Positions 50,852 to 63,575 of a stretch of 64,000 nt of DNA are shown here, piece by piece. Position 1 is the stretch's first letter; every line of letters starts with the position of its first letter. The notes below the pieces were generated by a model. That model worked only from the letters and a program-made list of their open reading frames with translations. It ran no database searches and was not told where the DNA came from. Both the position numbers and the translations under genes were made by a program. Origin of the DNA: Spizellomyces punctatus DAOM BR117. Taxonomy: Eukaryota. The stretch lies in NCBI GenBank assembly GCA_000182565.2, contig KQ257456.1. One strand, given 5' to 3'.

Positions 50852-51275
50852 CGCTTATAATGTTTTTACAAATGGCTGCAAGATAACAACATTTGTGGGC
50901 AAGTCCCGGCTTTTACTCTATCCTGCCACCACACTCCGTGCTTTCGACAAGCTTGTGTCAGTAACATCATTTGAAGAAGACAACATGTTTTCTTTCTGCG
51001 GAAAAGCATCTCTTCAGAACGAAGCCTGACCCCTACTAAAAATTGATGTCAGAATCTGAACGTCAACAATAAACCAAAAAACATCACACCATTTGGGTGC
51101 AGCTCAGGAGGTTGAAGAAAGACGGCAACGGACCGGTGGATGGCAAGGGAGGAAGGAAAGGGAGGGAATGTGGCCAGCAGGATGCTTTTGATGCTCCTCT
51201 ATTTTCTTTGACAGCTTTCCCGACCCTGTGTGTGGAAAGGCTTGGTATACGCCTACTATTCATAAGGCAGGCTTA

Positions 51276-51430
51276 AAAGTAAGCCCTGCATCTATTTAAG
51301 GGGTTTTACGCTCCACAGCTCCACCATTTGCTCCACAGCTCCTCATGCATCTTGGAATTTCTGTATAAAGTAAAAGGCCCTGCAACATTTAAGGAGCTTA
51401 ACAAAACAAGCTCCACAGCTCCACCATTTG
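51276..51430 (+). repeat. Imperfect ~100-bp-period repeats heading an AT-rich, CpG-depleted tract
   Basis: GCTCCACAGCTCCACCATTTG at 51310-51330 and 51410-51430, a partial copy at 51330-51342, and AAAGTAA..GCCCTGCA..ATTTAAGG twice. Confidence 0.7.
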
Positions 51431-52003
51431 TTCCATATGGCCATCAGTATTGCAGTGTAATTTTCATTATACTGGGGCTAGATATCTTACTATGTATATT
51501 ACTGCAGGGTTTAAAGTACTAATTCCTTAGGTTAGACCTTATATGCATGTTTCAATGTAATATAATTTAAGTTTATCATAATTATTTTGAGTACTGGGAC
51601 GCTCAAGTAGAGGCACCTACTGCTGCATCTCCAATTTTAGCAGCTATTCTTAGAAATAGGGTAGTTATGGTTTCTGGTATTATGTAATTTTTCTATTTCC
51701 TGATAGTTCCACTTATTTGATACCAGTAGTATGTACTATGTGTCTTTAGCTATATATTTATAGTAGTGTTACTCAAGTAGATGCAAAAGAACTGAGTGAA
51801 TCAGTACTTGTAATATATACAGCTTTAACTATACGCTATCAACTAGTGCACCAAAAAAGCATTATTGCTTACAGTTCCATTGATCATATGAATACAGCAA
51901 TAGTAGTTGCTCTATTTACTAATGATTATCACGCGGGAAGTGCTTTTATGTCCTTCCATTTATATTATTACACCTTTATACACCAAACAAACTGACGGAG
52001 ACC

Positions 52004-53586
52004 TCAAATCTTCAGGATATGTCTGACAGTCTCCTCCAAGTCCACTCCATTGATCAGCTCATCATCCATGAGTGCAGTGACTTCCTGCTGGGCATACAGC
52101 TCGAGGAAGACGGTCGCAATCAGTTCCAACATGCCTATCATCAAGGCTTTCTTGCCCCACACTTGGGGCACCTTGGCACTGCGCACTTCGTAGACCTCCC
52201 AGTAAGAGGGATCTTCACCTATGGTTGTGTAAGTCAATCGGACGGTGTCAACCACGCATTGGACCCCCATTATCTTCCTCTTCTGCATGGTCGAGAATGC
52301 GTTGTCCTTATTGCGACCCATCTCCATTTGAGCGCTAGCACCGAGTTCTCCACGAGCTTCAAGGCATCATCCATGGCATGGCTAACGTCCTCCTTTGCCG
52401 TTCCGCTACTGCTCTCCATGAGGATCTTCTCCTCCCTATTGTCCGGGTCAAACCCTACGCCATCTGCATAGCGTTTCGACCGAGAGGAATATTCCTCCTC
52501 ATCAGAGAGAACATTTAAGTTTCTGGCGGTGTAATGGAATTCACACCACTGCCAATCAATCAACTTTGTGATCCGCAATGGAGCAAACCACGGAATGATA
52601 TAATCGATCCATGCCGTCCTTTCATGATCATTATCGCGCCAGTGTCTATCCATTGCGCAAAGCTTTTCATGGGCAGTTGTTAACCCATAGCAGCAAATAT
52701 CCCAGAACAGACAATCTAACTCCCCCGTATCATCCGGTAGCTGATATGCCCAGACCTTTCTAGCCCAGCCGTCCCAACCCTGATTGCCAGCCAGTAACTC
52801 TTTGAGTGCTTTGTAGGAGTTGGGCAATTGGCATAAAGATGCCCGCTGGCTATTTCCACTCCGATAAGCATTGAATCTAGCTCTGACGGGGTCTGGAAAC
52901 TCACTACGCGAGATGGTATTGCACAGGACCACATGGACATTGTTGGCCAAGGCCTTGAGCTGGTGTGTTGCCAGCTTGCCTTTGTACGGAGTTTCGAAAG
53001 GGCCACCAGTGGGCGGAACGATGAAATGGAATTTTGAGCCCATCGGTTGCGAGGCAGCACGAGCTTCGGGAAGGCCAGATTCGACTTCTACCTCTTCGAC
53101 TGGCGCTTGTCTATTCCGCTTCGTGGTCTCAATCATGGAATATGTTTCCGAGTCAGGCCGACTCCGCTTTACGGGCAGCAGTGTTCCGGGTTCCCCATCT
53201 TCTGCCTCCGCCGCCCGGGTTAACCGTTCCCCAATTGCCGCATGTCGGCGGTTTGTTTGTGCCTCCAGTTGTCTTTCTGCAGTTGTGTCCATGAAGAACG
53301 CATTCCATGCCACATGTTGACCTTTCTTAATCATCTGTATATGACTACGAATACTGTTAATAGTATCCTGTCTCGCGCTCAGGTTACGTTTCATCGAAGG
53401 GCGAATCGCTCGCTTGACTGCATACTGGAAGGCATCCTCCAGATACCGCAACGCATCCGTGTGCATCAGGTCGACATAACGTGCAGAGAATTTGAGGAAA
53501 TTGTTGATCGAAAAATTTGCCCTTTTCACCCGTTCGAACAAGTATTTACGGATGATGCCTGATGCAAAATGATATCGCAAATGCAT
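52004..53586 (-). pseudogene. Frameshifted gene of an early-diverging-fungal family with a putative PD-(D/E)xK-like C-terminal domain
   Basis: The 438-aa ORF ends RYADGVG..KILMESSSG..HAMDDALKL..ALK and continues in another frame (MEMGRNK..GVQCV..EVRSAKVP). One missing A in CTCAAATGGAG near 52327 would join them. Confidence 0.55.
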
Positions 53587-53857
53587 GCATGGCGAGGGTA
53601 GCCGATGGATTGATTAAATTTCTACATGCCAAAAACAGGAAATAGCCCAACAATGGATCCAATATGTTACATATGTTACCAGAGCTAATGGTATTCCTTC
53701 GTAAATGTATGTTACGGTTCTCACCAGGGCAGGCACAAAGTGAATTGCATTCAGTGCAGAGGATTGTCAAAAGGAAGAGAAAAAAAAATTGGATCAGCCA
53801 AGATTCTATTACAAAGTGCAAAGCGAGAAAGACCGTGCTTGTGACCATGGCGCAGCA

Positions 53858-54256
53858 ATACGAGACGCATTCCAAGATCCATGAGAGAGACAGCATAAGC
53901 TGTGGCAATCACGGCCATGTCGGACCATCAGTTTTTCCCTTGCTGTATGCACACCAAGAGCCGTATCCTCAGGCAGTCCTCTGCCTAGACAAGACAGAGG
54001 GGAGTGCCCCGCCATCACGCACGTAGGTGCGATCCGATACCCCATCTTGAAAGACAACGAATGCTAACGCCAGCCGATACGAGACGCATTCCAAGATCCA
54101 TGAGAGAGACAGCATAAGCTGTGGCAATCACGGCCATATCAGACCATCAGTTTTTCCCTTGCTGTATGCACACCAAGAGCCGTATCCTCAGGCAGTCCTA
54201 TGTCTTGGAAAGACACAGGGGAGTGCCCGCCATCACGCACGTAGGTGCGATCCGAT
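53858..54256 (+). repeat. ~181-bp direct repeat with a 219-bp period
   Basis: 53858-54038 matches 54077-54256 (ATACGAGACGCATTCC...GGTGCGATCCGAT). Confidence 0.9.
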
Positions 54257-55487
54257 GCGCTTCGCATGCCGCGTCTCCCAAGCAAGGGCCACAAGCACGG
54301 AGTTAGAGCACACATACCGCGGATATCAATATCCTCTGAATCAGCTGTCGAGGCTGACGGGAGTGGTGAACTGGGTCCGCCTGGTGCAGAGAAAACGAGT
54401 GGCATGAGATGATATGTCGCTGGAAGCAGCTGACGGCAAGACATCTACCATTAGTGCTTTCCTCTGAGTCTGACATGGTGGATTTGGATTTGGAGAGGTA
54501 TGGTGGAGAAAAGCGCGCTCGGGTGGGGCGGACATTGTAGCACGACACCATGAACGCGGACTGCCTGCAAGTCCGAACTTGAATGTGTGCTTACGTCAGT
54601 CCCCAAAACACATGTCACCAAAAACCGCTGGGCAACTGGTGGACAACCATTGCCCACTGATACATTATGAGGTGAACACTTGAAGGCCTTGCTCAGCTTG
54701 CCAGAATCTGGCCTCAGGGAGCAAATCCAGCCGCAGGGACCGCTATGTTCAATTCAGTAAACCTGACCTTGGGTTTTGGGTGATCCCGCCGCAATGAACT
54801 CGAGCCTTTCGCGGAAGTGTCTAGCTGTTGTTGTCCTCCCAAATGTATATACAGCTCATAAAATTACATTTATAAGGCTACCACAGACGCTGGTGCACTT
54901 CATGTAAGTATCTGGGCCATCATACAAGGCTCGCACAGTGTTCGCCTGCATAGTACTGATTCTTGCTATAGAGATCTCAATACCTTCTTTACTTTCGGCC
55001 TTTTTTTCAACCGCAGACTGTCAAATTGACTGCTGACCAGCTTATCCAGAGGCCGTATGCCGTTCGTGACACGCAAATGCGCCAGAGCATCAAACTAGTT
55101 TCCGCAACGACTGGATCAGCACCACTTTGAATAACCGTATCAATCATGACAAAGATAGATCTCACCTGACTAGCCAACGCACAAGATGAATAATGACTCC
55201 ACTTTTTCGTGGCGGGTCGATAAATTGAGCTTGGCAGTGGTTGTCCCCGTTCTCCGATAGTGAATATAGTGTAGGGCTGTTACTTTTTGGGAATTTAATG
55301 CCGGGTTTGGACCCGAAGTGTATGGGAATGTTTACCCGGCCTTTTCAGTGCCAGAAGATTGCTGATACTTTCCTGCATCAACAATGTATCAGATAGAGCA
55401 GCAAATGCAAATTGAAAATGAATATACAGGAAGGCAATCATGCTGTCTAGCAATAAAGCTATACAAGTCCTCGAAGGATTGCACCCA

Positions 55488-57380
55488 TTACATGGCAAAT
55501 GGGAAGGTCTCTGGTACATCTGGTGAAGCATCCGGGAAGTGGGCAGTCTTATCCAGAGGCCGTATCCCGTTCGTGACACGCAAATGCGCCAGCGCATCAA
55601 ACTGGTTTCCGCAACGACCGGATCAGCACCACTTTGAATAATCGTATCAATCATGACAAAGATAGAGCTTACCTGGCTAGCCAACGCACATGATGAATAA
55701 TGACTCCACCTTTCCGTGGCGGGTCGATAAATTACTCCTATGAAGCGCTCCAATCTCAGAGGGTTATCCAAGTACCTATTGAGTTGTTCATCAATTGGAA
55801 TCTTTTTCCCTGTTTTTGGATCGATGCGATGGGTGAGGAGGAGACAATTTTTGATATGAGGCAATGAACGCTCCATCAGGCCTTCATACGCATCTTGACG
55901 GCCTGGATTGACATCCATAATACCTGTAGTAATAATCATTATTAGAGCACAGAATAGGAGAATCTTTTGTCTTCACGAGGGACTTACGGCCAGGTGTATC
56001 CCACTCATGAGCAGCGGTCACGGTTCCTTTATATGTCGTAAACCCAATATTAAACACATTGTCCTCTCCAAACTTCTCCCGGCAGAGCTGTCCAACGTTG
56101 ACTTCCCCTCTCCTCCGACCCATATCCGTGTACCTGGCATCACCCAAGTGGCTATTATGGGCCCAAACGACGACCTTTGATTTCTGGTCCTGGCTTTTGT
56201 GCCGATCAATCCATTCCATTACTCTTTCGAGAGTATCGACCATGTGTTGGTCCCGCAGGTTCCAAGTAATGACGTCCTCGTCGAGCATACAACGGTAGTA
56301 TTCTTCGGCATCCTTCACGACCAGAGCATTCATCTCAGCAATGAATTGCTCTTCCTCGGCCGAATTGCAGTTCTCTTTGACGTATTGCAGACGTTTTTCC
56401 AACAGATCTTGTAGAACTTTGACAGCTTCTTGACCGCAACCCTCGCTTATACCGTACCGCACGGCAAATGCATATTTCGTGGTATCGGTGCCGAAACGGT
56501 GGAAACAGCCGTACCGTTCCCGAGCTTTTTGGGCGGCTTTCGGATCAACTTTCTGGAGATATTCAATGACGGCCGCGGCAGAGGCGTGAAGACTGTACAT
56601 GTCCATGCCGAAAAAGCATGCTTTGTCAAAGAGACCACCGCCTTGATGGGCAATTTTGTCGTTCCAAAGGCGAAGCCATTTAATGAAGGGCACCTGGGCA
56701 CCGGATGAGTGAGGAGGTTTGTCCTCGTTACGGACGATGTGGAGATGCAAAAATCTTACCATAACTTCGTTACGCCACATCCAGAGCGGAAACTGTCAAG
56801 CATCAAACCATGTCGGTAGAGTCTGTGCACCTTAATAACCTGCTGCCTGCCAGCATACCCGCTTGAAGTCCTTTAGGGCGTCTACAGCTCCCTTGATTGG
56901 AGTTTTAGATGTATTCTGCACATATCGATTGATGGTAATGGCGTCGGGCCAGTCGGCTTCAGCAACCACAGCGTTGAACCCTGCATATTTATTCAGTTTG
57001 CTTTCTCTTTCTTGTCCGAAATGAGAGTCATGCTCACCCTTTTCGGCAATCAATCGCTGGGTAATGTACGCACGCTCCCGCTAGGCAACACGAGCCAAAT
57101 CATTGCTGTTGCCAATAACGTTAGAAAGCAAATGGCAAGGACATACGTAGAATTCTAATGTGCCATGACTGCCATCCCCAATACAGACCACTCGCGCAGA
57201 ACCTTTTGGAGAACAGGTGTCATACTGCTCAGTCGCTGATGCTTATACTGCTTGGATAGTATGTTGTCATAACATTCCATACATACCAATAGCATCCATA
57301 AGTTCCTCATAATCCTCTTTTGGATGATTCAAACGAATTGATCTGACAAACGGAATGAGGTCAAAGTCTGGTGCTGGCAT
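55488..57380 (-). CDS. Erythromycin esterase (EreA/B-like) family protein, intron-containing
   Basis: IGDGSHGTLEFY, VVAEADWPDA, FPLWMWRN, WNLRDQHM, VVWAHNSHLGDAR and RFIGVIYRPATERWSHY; ends ETFPFAM* (55488-55490). Confidence 0.88.
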
Positions 57381-57786
57381 GGTGGAGCTCAGTCTCTTCG
57401 TTAACAAATTATTAGCAGCTGTTTTTGACGGATCGACAAGTTTTTCAAATGGAAAATGCGAGGTCGTCGCAAACAAAATCGTCCAGATTTTAGCACACTG
57501 CATTGATATCTGAACTGGTGGGTATCCCTTTTTTTCTGGAAAGCGTGACCAATGCGATATGGGTGGGACAGCTGGGCAGGGATGAAAGCGCGGATTGAAT
57601 GGTACGTAACCTCGACTCGTGACATGACATTGACTATTGTCATCCTACGTTAATAACAACGCTGTACAGCTACTGTGAATTACAGTTGTGGGATTTTAGT
57701 ATACAGTTGGAAATAAATCTAGCCTCATGATGACAATAGATAAATTGTATGCTTGCACACGATTGCGGTTGAATGCAGTCACTCTC

Positions 57787-58728
57787 CTAATTTAGGCCAT
57801 GTCTCGAAAGCGGTCCAAGCTCTCTTCTCACTCGTGACCCTATGATGGCATGTCCAGGACCTTCCCTCCACTCTCCTTCTTGTTCCTCGCGTTCAACATC
57901 ATCCGCCACCTCTTTCAAAAACTCATAAGTAGCAGGATCAAACTTCTTATCCTGTTCTTCATCGCTTCCCTTCAGCCGGGGGAAGCGAGCTGCCATAATC
58001 TCGCGCATTCGTATTGAGAATTCCTTCAACTGTGCATCGGAACAAGCAGGAATCATATCAGCTCTCCATTCCTGCCACATTATTGTCATTGAATAATACT
58101 TACGTTATTGACGTCCATAACGCTGGCAACGGTCATGGCCACGCCCGCCGTACCGGTCAAAACTAAAATGGTAGCGGTTCCAAAGGCACGACCGGCAAAC
58201 ATGTACGCTGCGAGTTTGGGGTTTGCGGCGGCAGCAGCAGGATTATCAATCAGTTCCTGTAATGGGATCCTCATCTTGCCCTTGGTGCGCTGATGGATAG
58301 TGTACATCATGGAGGAAAAGGCTGCAATTGAAGCAGCTCCTATAATGTATCTTGCCATCACAAGGTTATGAAAGGTTGGACACTACTGGACACTGTAAAA
58401 TGTCGGTCACTCACTTGTTGTATCGCATGAAGCCCGTCCCACTTTCGGGGACAACTGTTGGTTCAACGGGTGTACTCTTTGAAACGGATTCTACTGAGGC
58501 AGTGATCGAAGGAGAAGAGGGAACAGCGGCTGGACGTTGGAGAGGTGCTGGAGTTGCGGAAATTGGTGGTGAGGCCACAATAGTCGAAGCAATTGACCGT
58601 GAGTTTTGTTCATCTTTGGCGGCGAGCCAAGGAATCACAGCGTCATCAGACGCAGGTCTTCTCCATGCCCATGTCCACCACCGCGAGGGCCGAGAGGGTG
58701 ACTCTTGTTGTCGGTCCGAGGATGCCAT
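57787..58728 (-). CDS. TMEM242/Aim11-like small membrane protein
   Basis: Three exons with two TM segments; FAGRAFGTATIL..MDVNN|LKEFSIRMR. Confidence 0.62.
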
Positions 58729-59734
58729 TTCCTGTCACCGTGACAGATCTCTCGCTGAGGAAACCAACTCAACCTTTTTGACTCATCACCAACGACGTCA
58801 CGTGACATACAATAGCATCTTTGAAAAAAGTACGTTTTGTATGAGCTGAATGGAAAGCACTGTTAATTAAGGGGAAGAGACATGCTGAGTTAAAGGCAAG
58901 CTTTGTTAACGAGATGTAGAATATCAACATAAAAGCTGGCATGGAGGATTATCATGTTCTATCTTCAGAACGCATCAAACATTTGAGCGATCTTGTTAAT
59001 GCTAACTGTCATTTGTCGCTAAAGTTCTTCAACCTGCCTATTAACTGCTCGCATGCAGGACGTCCCGAGGATGAATAATTTCTCACGGAGCAGATGGACT
59101 ACTTTCCACTGTAATCAGAGACGTGCTATTGTAGACAACCTGAAAATGCATTGATATTGAAAACAAGTGATATCAGATGGGTGGGCAGCTCACGGGCGAC
59201 TTGCTCGCTTTCTTCCAACTGACTGCAATGAGTTTTGCATAATGCGAGACAATCATGTTTGATTGCTGGAGGAATATGTAATGTAGATTGTCGAATGCTG
59301 CTATTGACGTACAAAGGTTGAGAGGCTTACAATATCTGTAATGACACACAGGCGTAAAAGGGTGTGTGGTGTGCAGTCATTTTTATTCTATTCTTCCTTA
59401 ATAGCAGACACCTTTAGCGGCCAACCGCGGTGATCCATTTTATAACGATCTACCATGAATCAATTCATAAAAGTGCTCCCTGCCATAATAAGCCAATGTT
59501 CGCTACAGCTCTTCAAGTTCGTGCCATTAACTATCCGATATTACCAAGAACTAACAGACTCAAAAGATCCAATAATCTACTTAAATCAAAGCTAATGAAA
59601 GTTGACTTAAGCAAAATGTGTGACGGCCATTTCTTTTGAACGCGCCTCGTCCCGGCAAAAAGTATCACCTTCCTTTGATATAAAACGACTGATCTGGCTA
59701 TTTGGCACTTGCTGCTTGTCTCGTAAACAAAGAA

Positions 59735-60759
59735 ATGTCTGCTTTATCATTTGATTTCGACAAGGTGATCGCTGTGAAGGAGGTTTCTCGCTCGCCGACT
59801 TCTTCAGTATGGAAAGCAGATATCTCTGACGAATGGATGATAGGATCTGTTCCACACGGCGGATATATCCTCAGGTACATCGGATCGGAAAAGGATCTTA
59901 GCTCATGCAGCTTTCTAAAATTTTGGTTGCTGTTCAGTGTTATCTTGTCTGCTGCGAGTGCTCACTTTGCTGGCAACCGACCAGATCCCATATCCATCAA
60001 CGCCTATTTTCTTCGTCCGACTGCCGCCAATGTCCCCGCTATCCTTACCGTCACCGACATTAAAGCTGGACGTTATTCAATAGCACAGATTATAACAGAA
60101 CAGGCTGGGATTGTCACACAATTTGCAACTGTCACCTATGGGAACATATCTGAGGAGCAAGGTCCGACACGAGTCATCGATCCTGATCGTCTGCCTCCCC
60201 CATCCGAATGCTTTCCTGGTAGCTTTGGCCGGCGTGCGCCTGAAGCACCTAAAGATAAGCCACACATTGGACAAAAGGTGGAGGTTCTCCGTGACTCGCA
60301 AACACTCTCAACCACAAAAGCCGAGCGGCGGCAGTGGATTCGATTCACTGACGGACGACATCCAGATTTGATCAGTTTGGGTTTTTTCGCCGACGCATCC
60401 GGCCCCCTCCTCACTAATTTCGGGAAAGAATGGCTAGGTGGAGAATGTTGGTTTCCAACCATGGAGATCAACATTCAGTTCCGCGCTAAACCTTCCACAA
60501 CTACCCCTGGAAGGTGGATTGGACAATCTGTCAACTCAAGGTTCATCACCAACGGCCGCCATGAAGTGGACGTGGAGCTATACGACGAAAACGGTGATAT
60601 AGTTGCGCTTGCAAGGTGAGCTCCATAAATCAATCGCTTTTGGTTATAACTGGGCCCCCTCAAACTTGAATACTTCATGTCTTTCTTAGACAAATGGCTC
60701 TCGTTGTCCCATGGGAGCGGAATCTCAAAAATGCATCAAACACTGCTGCTCGCTTGTAA
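59735..60759 (+). CDS. Acyl-CoA thioesterase (double hot-dog, TesB-like)
   Basis: EWMIGSVPHGGY, FLRPT, LGFFADA, WFPTMEINIQF and GRHEVDVELYDENG..ARQMAL. Two introns. Confidence 0.85.
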
Positions 60760-61225
60760 AAAAACTCTTCAGATATCGCTATTTTTTTAAGTTGTTTCAT
60801 GGCAAGGTGCATGCTGTCTCCTTTTACATAATAGACCTCATCCTACATTCCCATATTTCTGGGGACCTTTACTCTCAATTGCATCTCCTGGTTGTTCTGA
60901 TCGTTGCTCACCCGCCCGCATTAGTCACGTTGCAGTGATCGACCTCGACGGGCCAGAGTAGGATGACCTGAGCTTTCTAAAAATAGCTTCGACAGGATGA
61001 TGAGCGCAAGATGCACCAGGGCTATGAACCGATGATCAGAAGGTTCAAATCTACTGTTTAAAGGAATCAGAAGCTCAACATTGGCAAATTACAATAATAG
61101 AAGAAGCCAAGGAATTGACATAAAGTGATGACATCTCATTACGACCCTTCCTACATTCCCCACCATCCCCGACAGGCGTCCGCCTGGCCTCTATACCCAA
61201 TATCCAACCCTACCGCCCAGCTCTT

Positions 61226-61675
61226 TTGGACCCTGTCGTCCGCGAAATTGTTTCAACCCACCCAGCGCATACCGAGATCCCTGTTGACAAGCGATGGCTA
61301 AACCAGACCGTCTCGACCCTCCGGAGGCGGAGTGAAGGGTTGGTGGTTCTTCCACATGAAAATAGTGCTGCCACCGTCGTAGCCTCGGACGCCCACGCCC
61401 ATCAAGTCGTAGCTAAAAAGCAGCACAGCTTTGCTAAACTCTTTTCTCGCATCTCCATTCCTTTTTACAAACGCTCTACACCTGACATTGCGCCTCCTGC
61501 CGACCAACCGTTTCATGATCGGTATGCGAGGTACAGAACTTCCCTCTCAGAAGAGGACTTCACGCCAGTGTCGCCAGTATATAGGCTTGAGAGCCCGTCA
61601 AAGATGCATCTTGCTGGAAGGAAGTTTAGGAGGTTTTTCAGAGGAGTGGCGGACCGGTTTGAGGGGAACTGGTAA
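61226..61675 (+). CDS. Hypothetical protein; start not identified
   Basis: Frame is open from 61124 to 61675 with no early in-frame ATG and no recognisable domain. Confidence 0.3.
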   Translation: MDPVVREIVSTHPAHTEIPVDKRWLNQTVSTLRRRSEGLVVLPHENSAATVVASDAHAHQVVAKKQHSFAKLFSRISIPFYKRSTPDIAPPADQPFHDRYARYRTSLSEEDFTPVSPVYRLESPSKMHLAGRKFRRFFRGVADRFEGNW

Positions 61676-61984
61676 TTCGCTGTGTCTCAGACAAGTCGCA
61701 CGACAGTTGGTTGGATACCCGGGTTGCGATTGAGCTGGACGGAGTTGTCTAAGTAGGAGATACCCCTTAAGGACCCAGTCGCTGGACCGTTCTGGGCTTC
61801 TATACCGCTTGAGAATGCATGTATCGTTCATGTCTATAATGTAAAAATTAAACTGTTCGAAAGCCAAATAATTTCATCATTACATCGGCCTTCGCAAGAT
61901 ATGTACTAAATTCATAATGATTACCAAAAAAAAATATGAACACTACTTAAGATGTTGACTATCGACAATACTGTACATGATATA

Positions 61985-63328
61985 CTACTGTGAAATTAAG
62001 TTACCAAAACTTGTAATGTCTATCCCGTAATCGAATTGAGCGCCCCATTCAAAAGTCCCCTCGTGAGCGTGTCTACCTGTTTCAGCTGATCTTTCAACTG
62101 CGCCGGACACGCCATATCAAACGGCCCGATGGTAGTGTTAATTGTTATTCCCAACCGTCTCACAGCGGTCGGTGCAACGTTTACTGCAAATTCCATGGTG
62201 AGCGGTATTGCATTGGGTGAACTCGGCGAGATGCCCAGGAAAGAACTCTGGCAAGAAGTTGCAAGAAGTTGGAGAAAGGGATCCTTCTGACCAATGATTT
62301 GGGAAAAGGTGGCGTTATAGCGGAGATCTAATGGCTACAATGAAAGATTTGGAAATGTCAGTTTCCTTTTCTATATCGTTTCCGGCTACAACCATCATTC
62401 GTTCTCCATACCACATGTTCCGTCGTGTTTGCGTTTTTCGGGAAATTTACATTGACCATATTGATCTGCAATTTAAAGTTCTTTGCATCGATAAACTGGC
62501 CGTTCTCGCCTTTGACCCGCCCCTGTTTACAGAAAGCAACTATTAGAGACAATATAGCACCGGACCATCTGAACTTGATCACTTACCACAACATCCAATC
62601 GATCCATCGCAATATCAAATCGATTCTTATTATTCAACCAAACATCAACGCCCATGCCGTAGGAGAAGGCGAAATTCCCTGCCAAGCTCGTCAAAGTGAT
62701 TCCAGACTTGACCAACGGTATATCTGGGCCTGGTTTCCATTCGGAACCTGGGGCAAGGTGAACAAATTGCGCGGTTGAGGTCGGTTCGTAAGGTCCTACA
62801 TATCCGTATTCCGGTATTGTTGGCCAAAAGTACCATACCAATACACCCAGGATGATGAGGATGACAAGAAAAATGAGGCAGAAAGTCAGGCAGCAGGATT
62901 TGCGGGTCGGGAAACAGCAGCAGACACGTCGTTTGCGCTTGTCAGCTGAGCTGTATGCTTCCACGTCGTACGGTTGGGGTGCACTCCTTTCGGCATTCTG
63001 GTTGTACCAAGGATCGGCTAACGTTTCTGACGAGTTGGCCTATTGTTAGACAAAGTAAAGGTGTCAGTGTCAATGGTAAGGAAGGCAAGATCTAGCAGCA
63101 CATGACAGTGAATGCGGCTCATTCACGTTTACTCACTGGCTGGAGAGAATCTCGATACACATGTTCAGGCATACTGGAGTGCTGCTGCTGTTGCGGGTAT
63201 GTGTGCTGAGGTGCACCAGAGTATTGCATGTGTGAAGGTTCTGCCATGGGTTGACCGTATCCGTACTGCATGTGTGAATGTTCAGGCATGGGTTGATCGT
63301 ATCCGTTATGGTAGGGCGTAGCGGACAT
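61985..63328 (-). CDS. Type II membrane protein, LEA_2/NDR1-HIN1-like
   Basis: Q/Y/P-rich N-terminus, then RRRVCCCF..CC, TM LIFLVILIILGVLVWYFWP and a beta-rich ectodomain (NNKNRFDIAMDRLDV). Multi-exon. Confidence 0.55.
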
Positions 63329-63575
63329 GGTAAGATCTAATCTGGTGCTCAAGAAAGCTTAGAAATTGTGGAATTTATGGCAAGAGGTGAAATGTCAACG
63401 CCTGGTTCCTAAAAAGAAAATGATCTGTCTGTCCTTTCTACTTGTTATCATCTTTTCAGGGGATACAGCGGCTGTGGGTCGAGGGGCGTTTATTACGTAA
63501 GGCAAGCGGTCATTGAGGCTTGTCACAAATCACATGATCTGTATATATTCCATTACCAACTACCAAATCCGAGCT

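Larger units (their letters stand above)
49574..55733 (+). repeat. ~510-bp tandem duplication (X-Y'-X'-Y) with the first copy split by an insertion
   Basis: 49574-49905 matches 55223-55548, and 55041-55226 matches 55548-55733, both with scattered mismatches. AATT microhomology at the Y'/X' junction. Confidence 0.9.

Noticed and set aside
51276-51430. CRISPR-like array
   Set aside because: Only two full repeats, the intervening sequences are themselves related, and the context is eukaryotic with no cas genes.
49906-55040. Helitron or Pack-TIR identity for the 5.1-kb insert
   Set aside because: No 5'-TC/CTRR-3' ends at an AT site, no terminal inverted repeats and no convincing target duplication.
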